The position numbers were made by a program, and so were the translations under genes. A DNA stretch of 32,000 nt from a cyanobacterium endosymbiont of Braarudosphaera bigelowii (lineage in GTDB: Bacteria; Cyanobacteriota; Cyanobacteriia; Cyanobacteriales; Microcystaceae), in NCBI RefSeq assembly GCF_020885515.1, contig NZ_AP024987.1:660001-692000 (forward strand), in the 5' to 3' direction. The notes beneath the pieces were generated by a model. The model was not told the origin of the DNA, did no database searches, and saw nothing but the letters and a program-made list of their open reading frames with translations. Each line of letters starts with the position of its first letter. Position 1 is the first letter of the stretch. Shown piece by piece: positions 19,916-29,050 of the stretch.

Positions 19916-21550
19916 GTGACTACTCAAATTCCTTTTATTACCAACGACTCAGAAACTTCTCCAGCAAATGTTTCGAGTGACTGCTTTAATCGTAATCATC
20001 AAATGATAGTAATTCTTGATTTTGGTTCTCAATATTCAGAATTAATCGCACGTCGGATTCGAGAGACACACGTTTACTCTGAGGTTATATCCTATCAAAC
20101 TGATATAAAAAAAATATACGAACTTAATCCGAAAGGAATTATCCTTTCAGGAGGGCCTAGTTCAGTTTATAGCGATTTTTCTCCACAATGTGATAAAAAA
20201 ATATGGGACCTCGGCATTCCTATCCTAGGTATTTGTTATGGGATGCAGCTGATGGTACAACAGCTTGGAGGACAGGTTGAAAAAGCAGAGTATGGAGAAT
20301 ATGGCAAGGCATTGTTAAAAATAGATGATCCGACAGATCTATTTACTAACTTGGAGGATAGTTCTACTATGTGGATGAGTCATGGAGATTCATCCACCAA
20401 ACTACCTGAGGGATTTTCTATCCTAGCCCATACAGATAACACACCATGTGCTGCTATTGCTAATCATGATAAAAAACTTTTTGGGGTCCAGTTCCACCCA
20501 GAAGTTGTTCATTCTGTAGGAGGAGTTGTAATTATACGTAATTTTGTTTATCACATTTGTGGATGTGAGCCTACATGGACTACAAAAGCCTTTGTTGATG
20601 AAACAATTAATGACATTCGTAAAAAAGTTAAAGATAAGAAAGTATTGCTAGCCTTGTCTGGAGGAGTAGATTCTTCAACATTAGCCTTTTTACTACATCA
20701 AGCGATTGGTAGCAATTTAACTTGTATGTTTATTGACCAAGGTTTTATGAGAAAGGAAGAACCAGAACGTCTGGTAGATATATTTAGCAAACAATTCCAT
20801 ATCCCTGTTGAATACGTAAATGCGAGAGAACGTTTTATAAAGAAACTAGAAGGAATTGTTGATCCTGAGAAAAAACGTCATCTTATTGGTCATGAATTTA
20901 TACAAGTATTTGAAGAAGAATCTCAGCGTCTTGGTCCTTTCGATTACTTAGCACAAGGGACACTTTACCCTGATGTGATAGAATCTGCAGATATCAATGC
21001 TACTCCTAATGCAGGTGAAAGAGTTGCTGTTAAAATTAAAAGTCATCACAATGTTGGAGGATTACCTAAGAATTTAAGATTTAAACTAGTGGAGCCCTTA
21101 CGCAAATTATTTAAAGATGAAGTCCGAAAAGTCGGTCAGTCTATTGGCTTGCCAGAAGAGATTGTGCGACGTCATCCTTTTCCTGGACCAGGACTAGCTA
21201 TTCGTATAATCGGGGAAGTTACTCGAGAACGTTTAAATATATTAAGAGATGCAGATTATATCGTAAGAGATGAGATAAGTAAGCAAGGCGCATATCACGA
21301 TTTTTGGCAAGCATTTGCTGTATTGCTACCTATTCGGAGCGTTGGAGTAATGGGAGATAAACGTACTTATTCTCATCCAATAGTATTACGTCTTATTACT
21401 AGTGAGGATGGCATGACTGCAGACTGGGCAAGAGTTCCTTATGAACTTTTAGAAGTTATTTCTAATCGTATTGTTAATGAGGTAAGAGAAGTGAACCGTG
21501 TAGTTTACGATATAACTTCTAAGCCTCCAGGAACTATTGAATGGGAATAA
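19916..21550 (+). CDS. guaA: GMP synthase (glutamine-hydrolysing)
   Basis: GATase domain with catalytic GICYGMQ, ATP-pyrophosphatase P-loop SGGVDSS and the conserved C-terminal dimerisation domain ending PPGTIEWE. The GTG start gives the cyanobacterial-type N-terminal extension MTTQ... Confidence 0.96.
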   Translation: MTTQIPFITNDSETSPANVSSDCFNRNHQMIVILDFGSQYSELIARRIRETHVYSEVISYQTDIKKIYELNPKGIILSGGPSSVYSDFSPQCDKKIWDLGIPILGICYGMQLMVQQLGGQVEKAEYGEYGKALLKIDDPTDLFTNLEDSSTMWMSHGDSSTKLPEGFSILAHTDNTPCAAIANHDKKLFGVQFHPEVVHSVGGVVIIRNFVYHICGCEPTWTTKAFVDETINDIRKKVKDKKVLLALSGGVDSSTLAFLLHQAIGSNLTCMFIDQGFMRKEEPERLVDIFSKQFHIPVEYVNARERFIKKLEGIVDPEKKRHLIGHEFIQVFEEESQRLGPFDYLAQGTLYPDVIESADINATPNAGERVAVKIKSHHNVGGLPKNLRFKLVEPLRKLFKDEVRKVGQSIGLPEEIVRRHPFPGPGLAIRIIGEVTRERLNILRDADYIVRDEISKQGAYHDFWQAFAVLLPIRSVGVMGDKRTYSHPIVLRLITSEDGMTADWARVPYELLEVISNRIVNEVREVNRVVYDITSKPPGTIEWE

Positions 21551-21609
21551 TTATGAAAACTAAGCCATAATATTTATTAAAATGTTATGGCTTAGTTTTC
21601 ATAATTATT
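21546..21609. terminator. 64-nt near-perfect palindrome; candidate bidirectional terminator between convergent guaA and vipp1
   Basis: 25-bp perfect outer stem 21546-21570 / 21585-21609 (AATAATTATGAAAACTAAGCCATAA / TTATGGCTTAGTTTTCATAATTATT). After one T/G position there are 4 further inner pairs and a 4-nt loop. The stem includes the guaA stop codon (21548-21550). Confidence 0.6.
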
Positions 21610-21741
21610 AAAAATAAGTTACTTCAAGAATTATTTTATGTGAAAAATCTTGAGGCTAGTATTTTTATATATTCTTTTAAATTTTGTCGCTTTTAATCTC
21701 CAGTTAATTAATTCTTTTTCAAAAGATCAAATCACTAATAG

Positions 21742-22518
21742 CTACATATTATTTAATTCTCGTTTAAGTTTTTCTAATTCCTCATCATCAGTGATTTGAT
21801 CTTTTGAAGAAGAATCATTATCTTCGATTGATTCAGGTAAAATACCTTTTGAAGGACTAGAACCAGATATTTGAGATTTTAACATTGCCAATTCTTCATC
21901 TACTTCGCTACCAGCTTCTAGTTGAGCGAATTGTCCTTCTACTCCAGCTGCTGCTAGTTCTCCAATAGATTGGGATTGAGCCTCCATATCCAAGACTTTA
22001 TTCTCCATACGTTCAAAGGCAGACATAGAAGTACTTGTATCTAATCCGCTCATCGTTTTTTGTAAAGATTGAGTAGCTTTTGCTGCTTTTGAACGAGCAA
22101 TCAGAATATTTTTTTTAGTTTTAGCTTCTCCAATTTTACTCTCTAGAGTCGCTAAATTGTGACGCATTGTTTCAAGTTGAGTATTTTGTTGATTAAGCTG
22201 TTCATTGAGAGTTAAAGCAGTTTCAGAGTAAGATTTTTTACGGACTAATGCTTCTCTTGCAAGATCTTCTTCTTTTCTTGATATAGCTAATTTTGCTCTC
22301 TGTTCCCAGTTATTAGCCTCCATAAGTGATTTTTTATATTGTGATTCGATCCGTTTTTGGGAACTAAGACTTTGAGCAAATGCTTGTTTTAATTGAACTA
22401 AATCTTCACTCATGTCAACAAGTGTCTGTTCTAAAACTTTTTCTGGATCTTCTGCTTTACTGACAAGATCGTTAAGATTAGCTCTCACAACCCGACTTAG
22501 ACGATCAAATAGTCCCAT
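21742..22518 (-). CDS. vipp1: Vesicle-inducing protein in plastids 1 (IM30), PspA family
   Basis: MGLFDRLSRVVRANLNDLVSKAEDPEKVLEQ... is near-identical in pattern to cyanobacterial Vipp1. The 258-aa length includes the acidic C-terminal extension that distinguishes Vipp1 from PspA. Confidence 0.93.
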   Translation of the reverse strand: MGLFDRLSRVVRANLNDLVSKAEDPEKVLEQTLVDMSEDLVQLKQAFAQSLSSQKRIESQYKKSLMEANNWEQRAKLAISRKEEDLAREALVRKKSYSETALTLNEQLNQQNTQLETMRHNLATLESKIGEAKTKKNILIARSKAAKATQSLQKTMSGLDTSTSMSAFERMENKVLDMEAQSQSIGELAAAGVEGQFAQLEAGSEVDEELAMLKSQISGSSPSKGILPESIEDNDSSSKDQITDDEELEKLKRELNNM

Positions 22519-22786
22519 AATATTTTATTTCCTCTTGGTATTGATAAATTTTACTAAGGTTCACGATTAAAATAACATTTTTATCCCTTAATTGAGATAT
22601 AGTATTTTCTAGTTTATCAGTTGTCTTTCAATTAATCATTAACTTAACGTTAATTAGATAACTCAAAATGTATGTAATAAGTATACGGCAATAATAAGAA
22701 ATTTATAGTTGCATAGTAATTGATTGTAAGAAAGTTAGAGTAAATAATATAGCTTATTTTAAACTTTCTTATTACTTTTTCATTCT

Positions 22787-23110
22787 CTATATTTGGTCTT
22801 TTAGCTCTTGTAGTTTAATGGCTTTGATTTGATTTTCCCGGAATGATTTAGTAGCTTTACTAAGATCATCTATAGTATCTTCTATAAATTCACCATTATT
22901 GCGGCTTCTTTGAAAATTTGTCCTGTGCATTAAATTTAAAGGATTTATAAGATTTTCTGATTCCTCGGTTTCATTACTTCTATTATTTTGATAAGAATGT
23001 ATATTGATTGATTTTTTTGATTGAGAATAAGCTTCTGGAATACTTTGAAAAGTAACTAACAAAAAAATTGGTAGAAATACGAACTTGATTGGTTCGAACT
23101 TTTTAAACAT
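22787..23110 (-). CDS. Hypothetical small secreted protein
   Basis: 107-aa ORF with a signal-peptide-like N-terminus (KFVFLPIFLLVTFQSIPEAYSQ) and a polar, low-complexity remainder. GAGGGA lies 10 nt upstream of the ATG. It sits 40 bp downstream of the ABC-2 permease on the same strand. Confidence 0.45.
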   Translation of the reverse strand: MFKKFEPIKFVFLPIFLLVTFQSIPEAYSQSKKSINIHSYQNNRSNETEESENLINPLNLMHRTNFQRSRNNGEFIEDTIDDLSKATKSFRENQIKAIKLQELKDQI

Positions 23111-23150
23111 TTAAAGTCATTCCCTCTAGTAAATAGTTGTTAGTTTTGAA

Positions 23151-24026
23151 TTAATTAAATCTTCTACGTAATAATGGTTGAATAGAAAACAAAACTAGTA
23201 GATCAAATCCTAATAGTAGAAGTAAGGTTTCTACTCCATTAATCTCGATGAAAGGATTTCTAAAGATAATACTATTCATAGATAGATTTCCGTAAAGATA
23301 GATATACCTTATAAATTCAATAGCATAAGTTAGAGGATTTAAACTGGCAATAATCTGCAGCCATTTTGCCATAAAAGAGAGGGGTGCAAGAGCAGTACTT
23401 GCAAATAGTAGAGGTAAGTTAGTGACAAAAATAACGGCGATAAGTTCAATATGGCCAGGCAATGCAAAGGCAAGTCCGAGACTTAACCCTGTTACTCCAC
23501 ACACAGTTAACAAAATAACAAGAATAATCGCTACTAAATCAAAAATGTTGGGAATGCCGGCTCCTAGTATTGAACTTGCTATTATAATAACTCCTGTTTG
23601 GATTAGGCTAAGACTAATAATATATAAAGTGGAAGATGCAACAATAGAGTATCGAGAAGATAATGGGGCAACTAATAGACGATTAAGGAATCCAAACTCT
23701 CTATCAAACATTATAGGAAGTCCTGCATTTAACGATCCTGAAAAAGCTGTAAATATTATGATTCCAGGTGATAAAAATTTTGCATAATTAATATTGTTTT
23801 CAAAGATTCCTTCTGGGGCATTATGAAATAATGCCCCAAATAATATTAACCACATAAAAGGCTGGACAATACCTGCTATTAAACTAGAAGGTCGACGCCA
23901 TAACTGAATGAATAAACGTTTAGTCATAGCTAAGGTCTCTTGTAAAAATTCTGATAAAAAATTTTCTTGTTGACAAGTATTGTTTATAGAATTTGGCGAT
24001 AAAAAATCTTTATTCTCAGAAGACAC
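23151..24026 (-). CDS. ABC-2 type transporter permease
   Basis: 291 aa with about 6 hydrophobic helices and an ABC-2 (DrrB/NodJ-like) architecture. It lies directly downstream of an ABC ATPase. The start codon is GTG. Confidence 0.85.
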   Translation of the reverse strand: MSSENKDFLSPNSINNTCQQENFLSEFLQETLAMTKRLFIQLWRRPSSLIAGIVQPFMWLILFGALFHNAPEGIFENNINYAKFLSPGIIIFTAFSGSLNAGLPIMFDREFGFLNRLLVAPLSSRYSIVASSTLYIISLSLIQTGVIIIASSILGAGIPNIFDLVAIILVILLTVCGVTGLSLGLAFALPGHIELIAVIFVTNLPLLFASTALAPLSFMAKWLQIIASLNPLTYAIEFIRYIYLYGNLSMNSIIFRNPFIEINGVETLLLLLGFDLLVLFSIQPLLRRRFN

Positions 24027-24365
24027 AAGTTTTTATTTCCGCTTTATTACTTATTATTTTATGATTCTAACCTAATATTATGGTTTAGTTCATTTGTTGT
24101 TTTTTCTCTATAAAAGGCTGGACAATACCTGCTATTAAACTAGAAGGTCGACGCCATAACTGAATGAATAAACGTTTAGTCATAGCTAAGGTCTCTTGTA
24201 AAAATTCTGATAAAAAATTTTCTTGTTGACAAGTATTGTTTATAGAATTTGGCGATAAAAAATCTTTATTCTCAGAAGACACAAGTTTTTATTTCCGCTT
24301 TATTACTTATTATTTTATGATTCTAACCTAATATTATGGTTTAGTTCATTTGTTGTTTTTTCTCT
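23854..24365. repeat. Perfect head-to-tail tandem duplication, 2 x 256 bp (unit 1 23854-24109, unit 2 24110-24365)
   Basis: A base-by-base comparison by eye finds no difference between the two units. Each unit holds the permease 5' end (57 codons plus part of codon 58), the 58-bp ATPase-permease spacer, and the last 7 codons plus stop of the ATPase. Confidence 0.95.
24085..24282 (-). pseudogene. Duplication-derived chimeric ORF: permease codons 1-57, one junction codon, then the last 7 codons of the ATPase
   Basis: The translation MSSENKDF...IAGIVQPF is identical to the permease N-terminus. It then reads I-EKKQQMN*, and EKKQQMN* is the ATPase C-terminus. The ORF carries the same GTG start and upstream spacer as the real permease. 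Confidence 0.6.
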
Positions 24366-25363
24366 TTTTTTAAATCTCTATTACCTACAGCAGCTAACTC
24401 GGCATCTATTAAGGTCTGTCCTGTTGCTGCTAGATATACATCATCAAGACTAGGACGGGATTGAGATAAGCTAAAGATACCTAAATTAGCATTTTCAAGA
24501 GCTTTTTCTATTTTACTAAATAAATTTGTTTCTCCTTTAACTATTAAATTTAAAGAATTTCCTTGGGATTTGTTAATAATAATTTCTTCTACAAACGGTA
24601 ATTTTTGTAAAATTTCCTGAGCTTGATACACATCTCTAAGTTCTGAAAATTCTTGAATTTTTAAAGTGATACGATTACCACCTAAGTGATTTTTAAGTTG
24701 AGATGGAGTTCCTTGGGCAATTACTTTACCACAATCAATAATAGCTAAGTTATCTGCTAGAGAATCAATTTCCTCTAAGTAGTGACTTGTTATGAGAATT
24801 GTCGTTCCTGCCATTTTAAGCTTTTTAAGGAATTCCCAAACTATTAATCGACTTTCAATATCTAAACCAACAGTTGGTTCGTCAAGAACTAGTAAACTCG
24901 GTCTGTGTAACAACCCGGCAGCAAGATCAAATCTTTTGCGAATTCCTCCTGAATAATCTCCTGTTTTGCGATCGCTATATTCATTCAGATTCAATAAAGT
25001 TAATAGTTTTTCAATTCTATCTTCAGCATCACGTCTAGATAAATGATAAAGAGATCCTTGTAGTTGAAGTAATTCTCTACCTGTCAAAATTTTATCAAGC
25101 GTAACATCTTGTGCAACATAGCCTAAAAAATTTCTAATAACGTTTGGATATTTTAATGCTGAAATTCCACCAACTTTAATTTCTCCACTATCAGGTTTAG
25201 TTAAAGTAGATAAACATCGAATAGTTGTTGTTTTACCCGATCCATTTGGTCCTAATAAGCCAAAAATTTCTCCTTTATTAATATTAAAGGAAATGTTTTG
25301 AACTGCTTTTACACTATTAAAACTTTTTTGTAACGATTCAATTATAACTAAGGGAGTCATCAT
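24341..25363 (-). CDS. ABC transporter ATP-binding protein (ABC-2/DrrA-like subfamily, with a C-terminal accessory domain)
   Basis: Walker A GLLGPNGSGKTT, Q-loop, signature YSGGIRKRFDLA, Walker B LLVLDEPTVGLD and H-loop TSHYLEE. Confidence 0.93.
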   Translation of the reverse strand: MMTPLVIIESLQKSFNSVKAVQNISFNINKGEIFGLLGPNGSGKTTTIRCLSTLTKPDSGEIKVGGISALKYPNVIRNFLGYVAQDVTLDKILTGRELLQLQGSLYHLSRRDAEDRIEKLLTLLNLNEYSDRKTGDYSGGIRKRFDLAAGLLHRPSLLVLDEPTVGLDIESRLIVWEFLKKLKMAGTTILITSHYLEEIDSLADNLAIIDCGKVIAQGTPSQLKNHLGGNRITLKIQEFSELRDVYQAQEILQKLPFVEEIIINKSQGNSLNLIVKGETNLFSKIEKALENANLGIFSLSQSRPSLDDVYLAATGQTLIDAELAAVGNRDLKKEKKQQMN

Positions 25364-25679
25364 TAATTTTATTTAAAATGAAATTCAAGTGATTTAAAAG
25401 ACTTTCATTACGAACTTTTTCCTAAAAATTTTACGCACTATATTAAGTTAATAAAAAATAAGTAAAAGTTTTTATATTTAATGATAATACACCTTTTTAG
25501 AATCTATGCATTAATACTCATTAAACTTTATATAAAAAAAGTACATTTAACTACATTTATATCGAGATTTTAGATAAAATATATGTTTTTACTATTTTTA
25601 TTTACAAAATTATTGCAACTCTAATTAAGAAGTTAGATAAGTTGAATTTTGTTATAGATATCAAACTTAATAGAGGAAC

Positions 25680-26411
25680 CTAATTATTAATATTAAATAA
25701 TACTTGTGATATATATTTATTAGCCCAATTTACACCAAAAAAGTTTTCTAAAATACGACGAGTCTTATCATTTTGCTTTTGTTTATAACAGTAATACTCT
25801 TGTCCCTGCAAATTCAGATTTCTTTCAAAGTCAGAAACTATTTTAGAGTTAGTTGATTGTTTACAGTGTATTTGTAGAATATCTTCAACTTGCTGAAGAA
25901 ATTTATTTTCTTCTTCTAAATTAATGGGTTGAATAAACAAACAATATTCAGAAAATATGTCTCCCCATTCTGGTAAATTACGAGTCATCAAAAAATCATA
26001 AGGCTTTAATTGAGATAATTTTTCTTTATATTCTCTAGAAAGTTCTATTTTAGGATTAGTTGGAGATAAATCAACGACTGCTGCACTAATTTTATTTTTT
26101 CCAATAACGAGATCGCATCCAAATATAGGCAAAGAATACTTAAATCGAGGAAACATTACACAGTGGAGAATATCTAGTTTTTGCTCAAACCTTACTAACT
26201 CTAAGTGAATCTTACGAAATTGATGTGATTGATAGCAAAAATTTTGTATCGTTAATTTATCTGTTCCCAATAAACTTTCTATATAGTTTAAGTCCTTTGG
26301 TAGTTTATATGGAGCTAAGTAAAGCTTTTTTCTCCAACAAGAAACTATAGAAGTAGCTAATTTATAAATCAAAGGATGTAAAGGCAAAAAAGTAGTTAAA
26401 TCCTGGACCAT
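25680..26411 (-). CDS. pcyA: Phycocyanobilin:ferredoxin oxidoreductase
   Basis: Collinear with cyanobacterial PcyA: PYKLPKDLNYIES...NFCYQSHQFRKIHLELVRFEQKLDILHCVMFP...LPIFGCDLV...SAAVVDLSP. Confidence 0.9.
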   Translation of the reverse strand: MVQDLTTFLPLHPLIYKLATSIVSCWRKKLYLAPYKLPKDLNYIESLLGTDKLTIQNFCYQSHQFRKIHLELVRFEQKLDILHCVMFPRFKYSLPIFGCDLVIGKNKISAAVVDLSPTNPKIELSREYKEKLSQLKPYDFLMTRNLPEWGDIFSEYCLFIQPINLEEENKFLQQVEDILQIHCKQSTNSKIVSDFERNLNLQGQEYYCYKQKQNDKTRRILENFFGVNWANKYISQVLFNINN

Positions 26412-26496
26412 TAATCTTTTAGTATTTGTAAATTTTCAATCAATGATTTATTAGAATTATATAGAATATTTCTTTTTCATACATTAGCTATTTAAT

Positions 26497-26787
26497 TTAA
26501 TCTAAAATTTCTTTGATAGCTAACTCTAGTTCCTTCTGATTTAAGTCTGTAACAATAAAAACTTCTTGAACTGTTTTACCTTGTCTAGCTATTGCTTTAT
26601 ATCCCCCAAGAATTTGAACTGATATTCTTAACTTTAAGTGTGGGCAATGACCTTTAGCTCTGCCAATAACCCCAGGAGTAATAGTTCTAATACCTGGAAA
26701 AATAACTAACTTTTCTAGAATAGGTATCAAACCATCTAAGTGAGTAGAGTGATTCCAAATTAGTCTTCCTTTATTTTCCTGAGTCAT
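26497..26787 (-). CDS. Conserved small protein, probably DUF2103-type (family name from memory, unverified)
   Basis: The 96-aa ORF starts 4 bp after the clpS stop, so translational coupling is likely. Its His/Cys-containing segments (WNHSTHLDG, GHCPHLK) are compatible with a metal site. Confidence 0.55.
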   Translation of the reverse strand: MTQENKGRLIWNHSTHLDGLIPILEKLVIFPGIRTITPGVIGRAKGHCPHLKLRISVQILGGYKAIARQGKTVQEVFIVTDLNQKELELAIKEILD

Positions 26788-26791
26788 AAAT

Positions 26792-27112
26792 TCATATTCC
26801 TTCTAATGGAGCCATTGTTAGTCCTTCACGACGTAATTGTTGATGATATAGTTCTGCTTGTTCTAAAGGCCCTATCCAAACGGTTGCCAATCCATCAAAA
26901 TGTATTTTTTGAGTTAGCTCCCATGCATAACTTTTAGTCATTGCAGGAATATATCTTATTAAACAATTAGCAACATGGTCAAAAGTATTGAAATCATCAT
27001 TAAGAACAATTATTTTACAGTTAGGATAAGGTTTATGATCAATAACTGCTAAATTTTTTGTGTCAGTTGATGTAGATACTTCTTGAATTGTTATGGACAG
27101 TCTCTTGATCAT
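26792..27112 (-). CDS. clpS: ATP-dependent Clp protease adaptor ClpS
   Basis: Core ClpS sequence YPNCKIIVLNDDFNTFDHVANCLIRYIP...A.ELT..IH.DG.A.V..G..E.AE. Confidence 0.9.
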   Translation of the reverse strand: MIKRLSITIQEVSTSTDTKNLAVIDHKPYPNCKIIVLNDDFNTFDHVANCLIRYIPAMTKSYAWELTQKIHFDGLATVWIGPLEQAELYHQQLRREGLTMAPLEGI

Positions 27113-27652
27113 GAATTTTAATGAATAAAAAATTTTCGAAAATTATGAGTACAGCCTGATTAAAAGTTTAACAATTTTTTACAAAAAAAACAGTTTTAAG
27201 AAACTAATCATTCCAACTGTTCAAAATAATTCGTATATATTAAGGAAATTATACCTAAAGCTATTAAACATGAACTATATATTTTATATAATCAAAAACA
27301 ATGTCGTTCTAATACAAAAAATAATTAACGAATAGCTTTTGTTTTTTAGTACAAGTTAAATAATACTCGCTATATTGTAGAGTTTTAAAAAAAAGCGAAT
27401 AAACCTTAGAGGTAAATATAAATGAACTTGATTTTCATAATGAAAACTAAGTTTAGTAAATCTATATATAATTTGTTTATATTTAATGTTCAACATAGCA
27501 GATAGTTTATTACTTTAGAGTAAGGTTTATTTTAAGATAAGCTTTAAAATACTTATAACTAGATTACAAAAAATATCGTTCTTTATTCGACACATCATAC
27601 GTATCTTGATCTACTATAAATTGTTATGGATATGGAATGAATAATAGACTTT

Positions 27653-28213
27653 ATGATACAAAAAGAAAAAGTACGCAATCTTGAATTAACTGCTTATGAA
27701 AATTTTAATCTAGAATGTGAAAACGTCACAGTACCACTTAAGAGCTATCTCCAGGAAACACAGCGCCTAGTTAAAGTTCTTGCAGGAAAAAATTTAATAG
27801 AAAAGATATCAGAGTTTGAGTTTCGTTTTCATATGAAAACTTTAAATTTCGTAAATATCTATTCCTTTCAACCTATCGTAACTATTAAAGTTTTACCAGA
27901 TAAAAAAGGAACAGTTTCTTTCGAGTCCCAAGATTTTGAAATGATAGGGATTAATTATATAAATCATAATTTTTCTTTAAAGTTCCAAGGTAAGTTATTT
28001 TCACAAGAAAAAAATAATAAAATATTTTTACAAGGTCAAGCATATCTGACTTCTTCTTTAGATTTACCATCTAACTTATGGATAATTCCGAAATCTATAT
28101 TACAGAAAGCTGGTGATACACTATTGAAAAATATTTTAGAACGTATTAGGCATAGTTTATCTAATGAACTATTACACGACTATGAACATTGGGCTAGTTT
28201 ACAAAAAAAATAA
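27653..28213 (+). CDS. Conserved cyanobacterial/plastid-lineage protein, probably DUF1997 family (name from memory, unverified)
   Basis: 186-aa ORF. The pattern VPLKSYLQETQRLVKVL...FRFHMKTLNF...QP.V...V...G.V...S....I.GI.YIN..FSL...G.L and the C-terminal LLHDYEHWA match my recollection of DUF1997 proteins. Confidence 0.6.
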   Translation: MIQKEKVRNLELTAYENFNLECENVTVPLKSYLQETQRLVKVLAGKNLIEKISEFEFRFHMKTLNFVNIYSFQPIVTIKVLPDKKGTVSFESQDFEMIGINYINHNFSLKFQGKLFSQEKNNKIFLQGQAYLTSSLDLPSNLWIIPKSILQKAGDTLLKNILERIRHSLSNELLHDYEHWASLQKK

Positions 28214-28814
28214 GCCTTTTAAAATGGTTAAGATAAGTTTTGCTATCGTAAAAAAATTAGTTAGAGTTTCATGAAATATGTAAAATCATCTAAATCTTAT
28301 GATTACTTTAATATTTATTTTTTTCCTAAACTCTTACTGAATCAATCTATACATAGATTTATTGAGTTTTATACTGAACTTGAAAAATGAAATTTTAATA
28401 CAGAAACTTTTCAAACGTTGTAACCTTAAAGGCTCAGAAAATTTTATTTTATTTTAAATATCAAGATCATCGAAATCGCAATAAAACTTAAAATTTAGGA
28501 GTAACAGGGTGTGTTATCCAGTAGTAAGCTTTTATAAGAATTATATATTGCCTAATAAGATGTTTTATCTTACGGGTAAAAAGTAATTTTGGTAGAATCT
28601 GTAAGAAAATTTTAGTCCTAGTTATTTATTTTTTTAATTCTCTAATAAAATGAATAGCTAACATAATGTACAAAATAAGTTCTTCTGATTTTCTCTCAGT
28701 TTTTGAAAAGCCCCGATTATTACTAATCTCTAACTTTTTGTAGTTGGAGTAAATGTAAAAGAGATGGAATTTATTCCTTCAATTTAAATATTCATTCACT
28801 AAGGATGCTTACTC

Positions 28815-29033
28815 ATGGTTAAACGTAAAGATACAGTTAGAGTTAAACGCAAAGAGTCTTATTGGTATAATGATGTTGGGACTGTCGTAACTATAGACAA
28901 AGGTGATTCACTTTTGTATCCAGTTGTTGTTCGTTTTACAAAAGTAAATTATGTCGGTATTTCTGGAGATCCTTCAGGACTTAATATGAATTCATTTGCA
29001 GAAAGTGAATTAGAGGTTGTAGCTGAAGGATAA
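28815..29033 (+). CDS. psaE: Photosystem I reaction centre subunit IV
   Basis: 72 aa. [22 protein letters not shown]....[13 protein letters not shown]......[10 protein letters not shown] is canonical PsaE. Confidence 0.93.
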   Translation: MVKRKDTVRVKRKESYWYNDVGTVVTIDKGDSLLYPVVVRFTKVNYVGISGDPSGLNMNSFAESELEVVAEG

Positions 29034-29050
29034 TAAAGTTGGTGTGAACT

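Noticed and set aside
23422-23787. 121-aa plus-strand ORF inside the ABC-2 permease
   Set aside because: It is antisense to the permease. Its apparent length reflects the codon bias of the hydrophobic gene on the opposite strand.
24968-24975. One copy of the cyanobacterial HIP1 octamer GCGATCGC, inside the ABC ATPase gene
   Set aside because: A single occurrence in 32 kb is not an enrichment. It is mentioned only as a possible Dcm target in the methyltransferase finding.
27131-27144. 14-bp palindrome AATTTTCGAAAATT just upstream of the clpS start
   Set aside because: Several palindromes of this length are expected by chance in this AT-rich window, and there is no second copy.
27440-27451. 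The 12-mer ATGAAAACTAAG is shared with the guaA palindrome arm (21553-21564), and ATGAAAA/TTTTCAT recurs in the long hairpins
   Set aside because: I considered a dispersed repeat family. Exact 12-mer coincidences are expected many times over among all position pairs at this base composition, and the flanks do not match.
28590-28598. Extended -10-like TGGTAGAAT, with a weak TTACGG 17 nt upstream, as a psaE or sRNA promoter
   Set aside because: The -35 matches only 2 of 6 consensus positions, and -10-like hexamers are ubiquitous in this AT-rich DNA. It cannot be supported from sequence alone.
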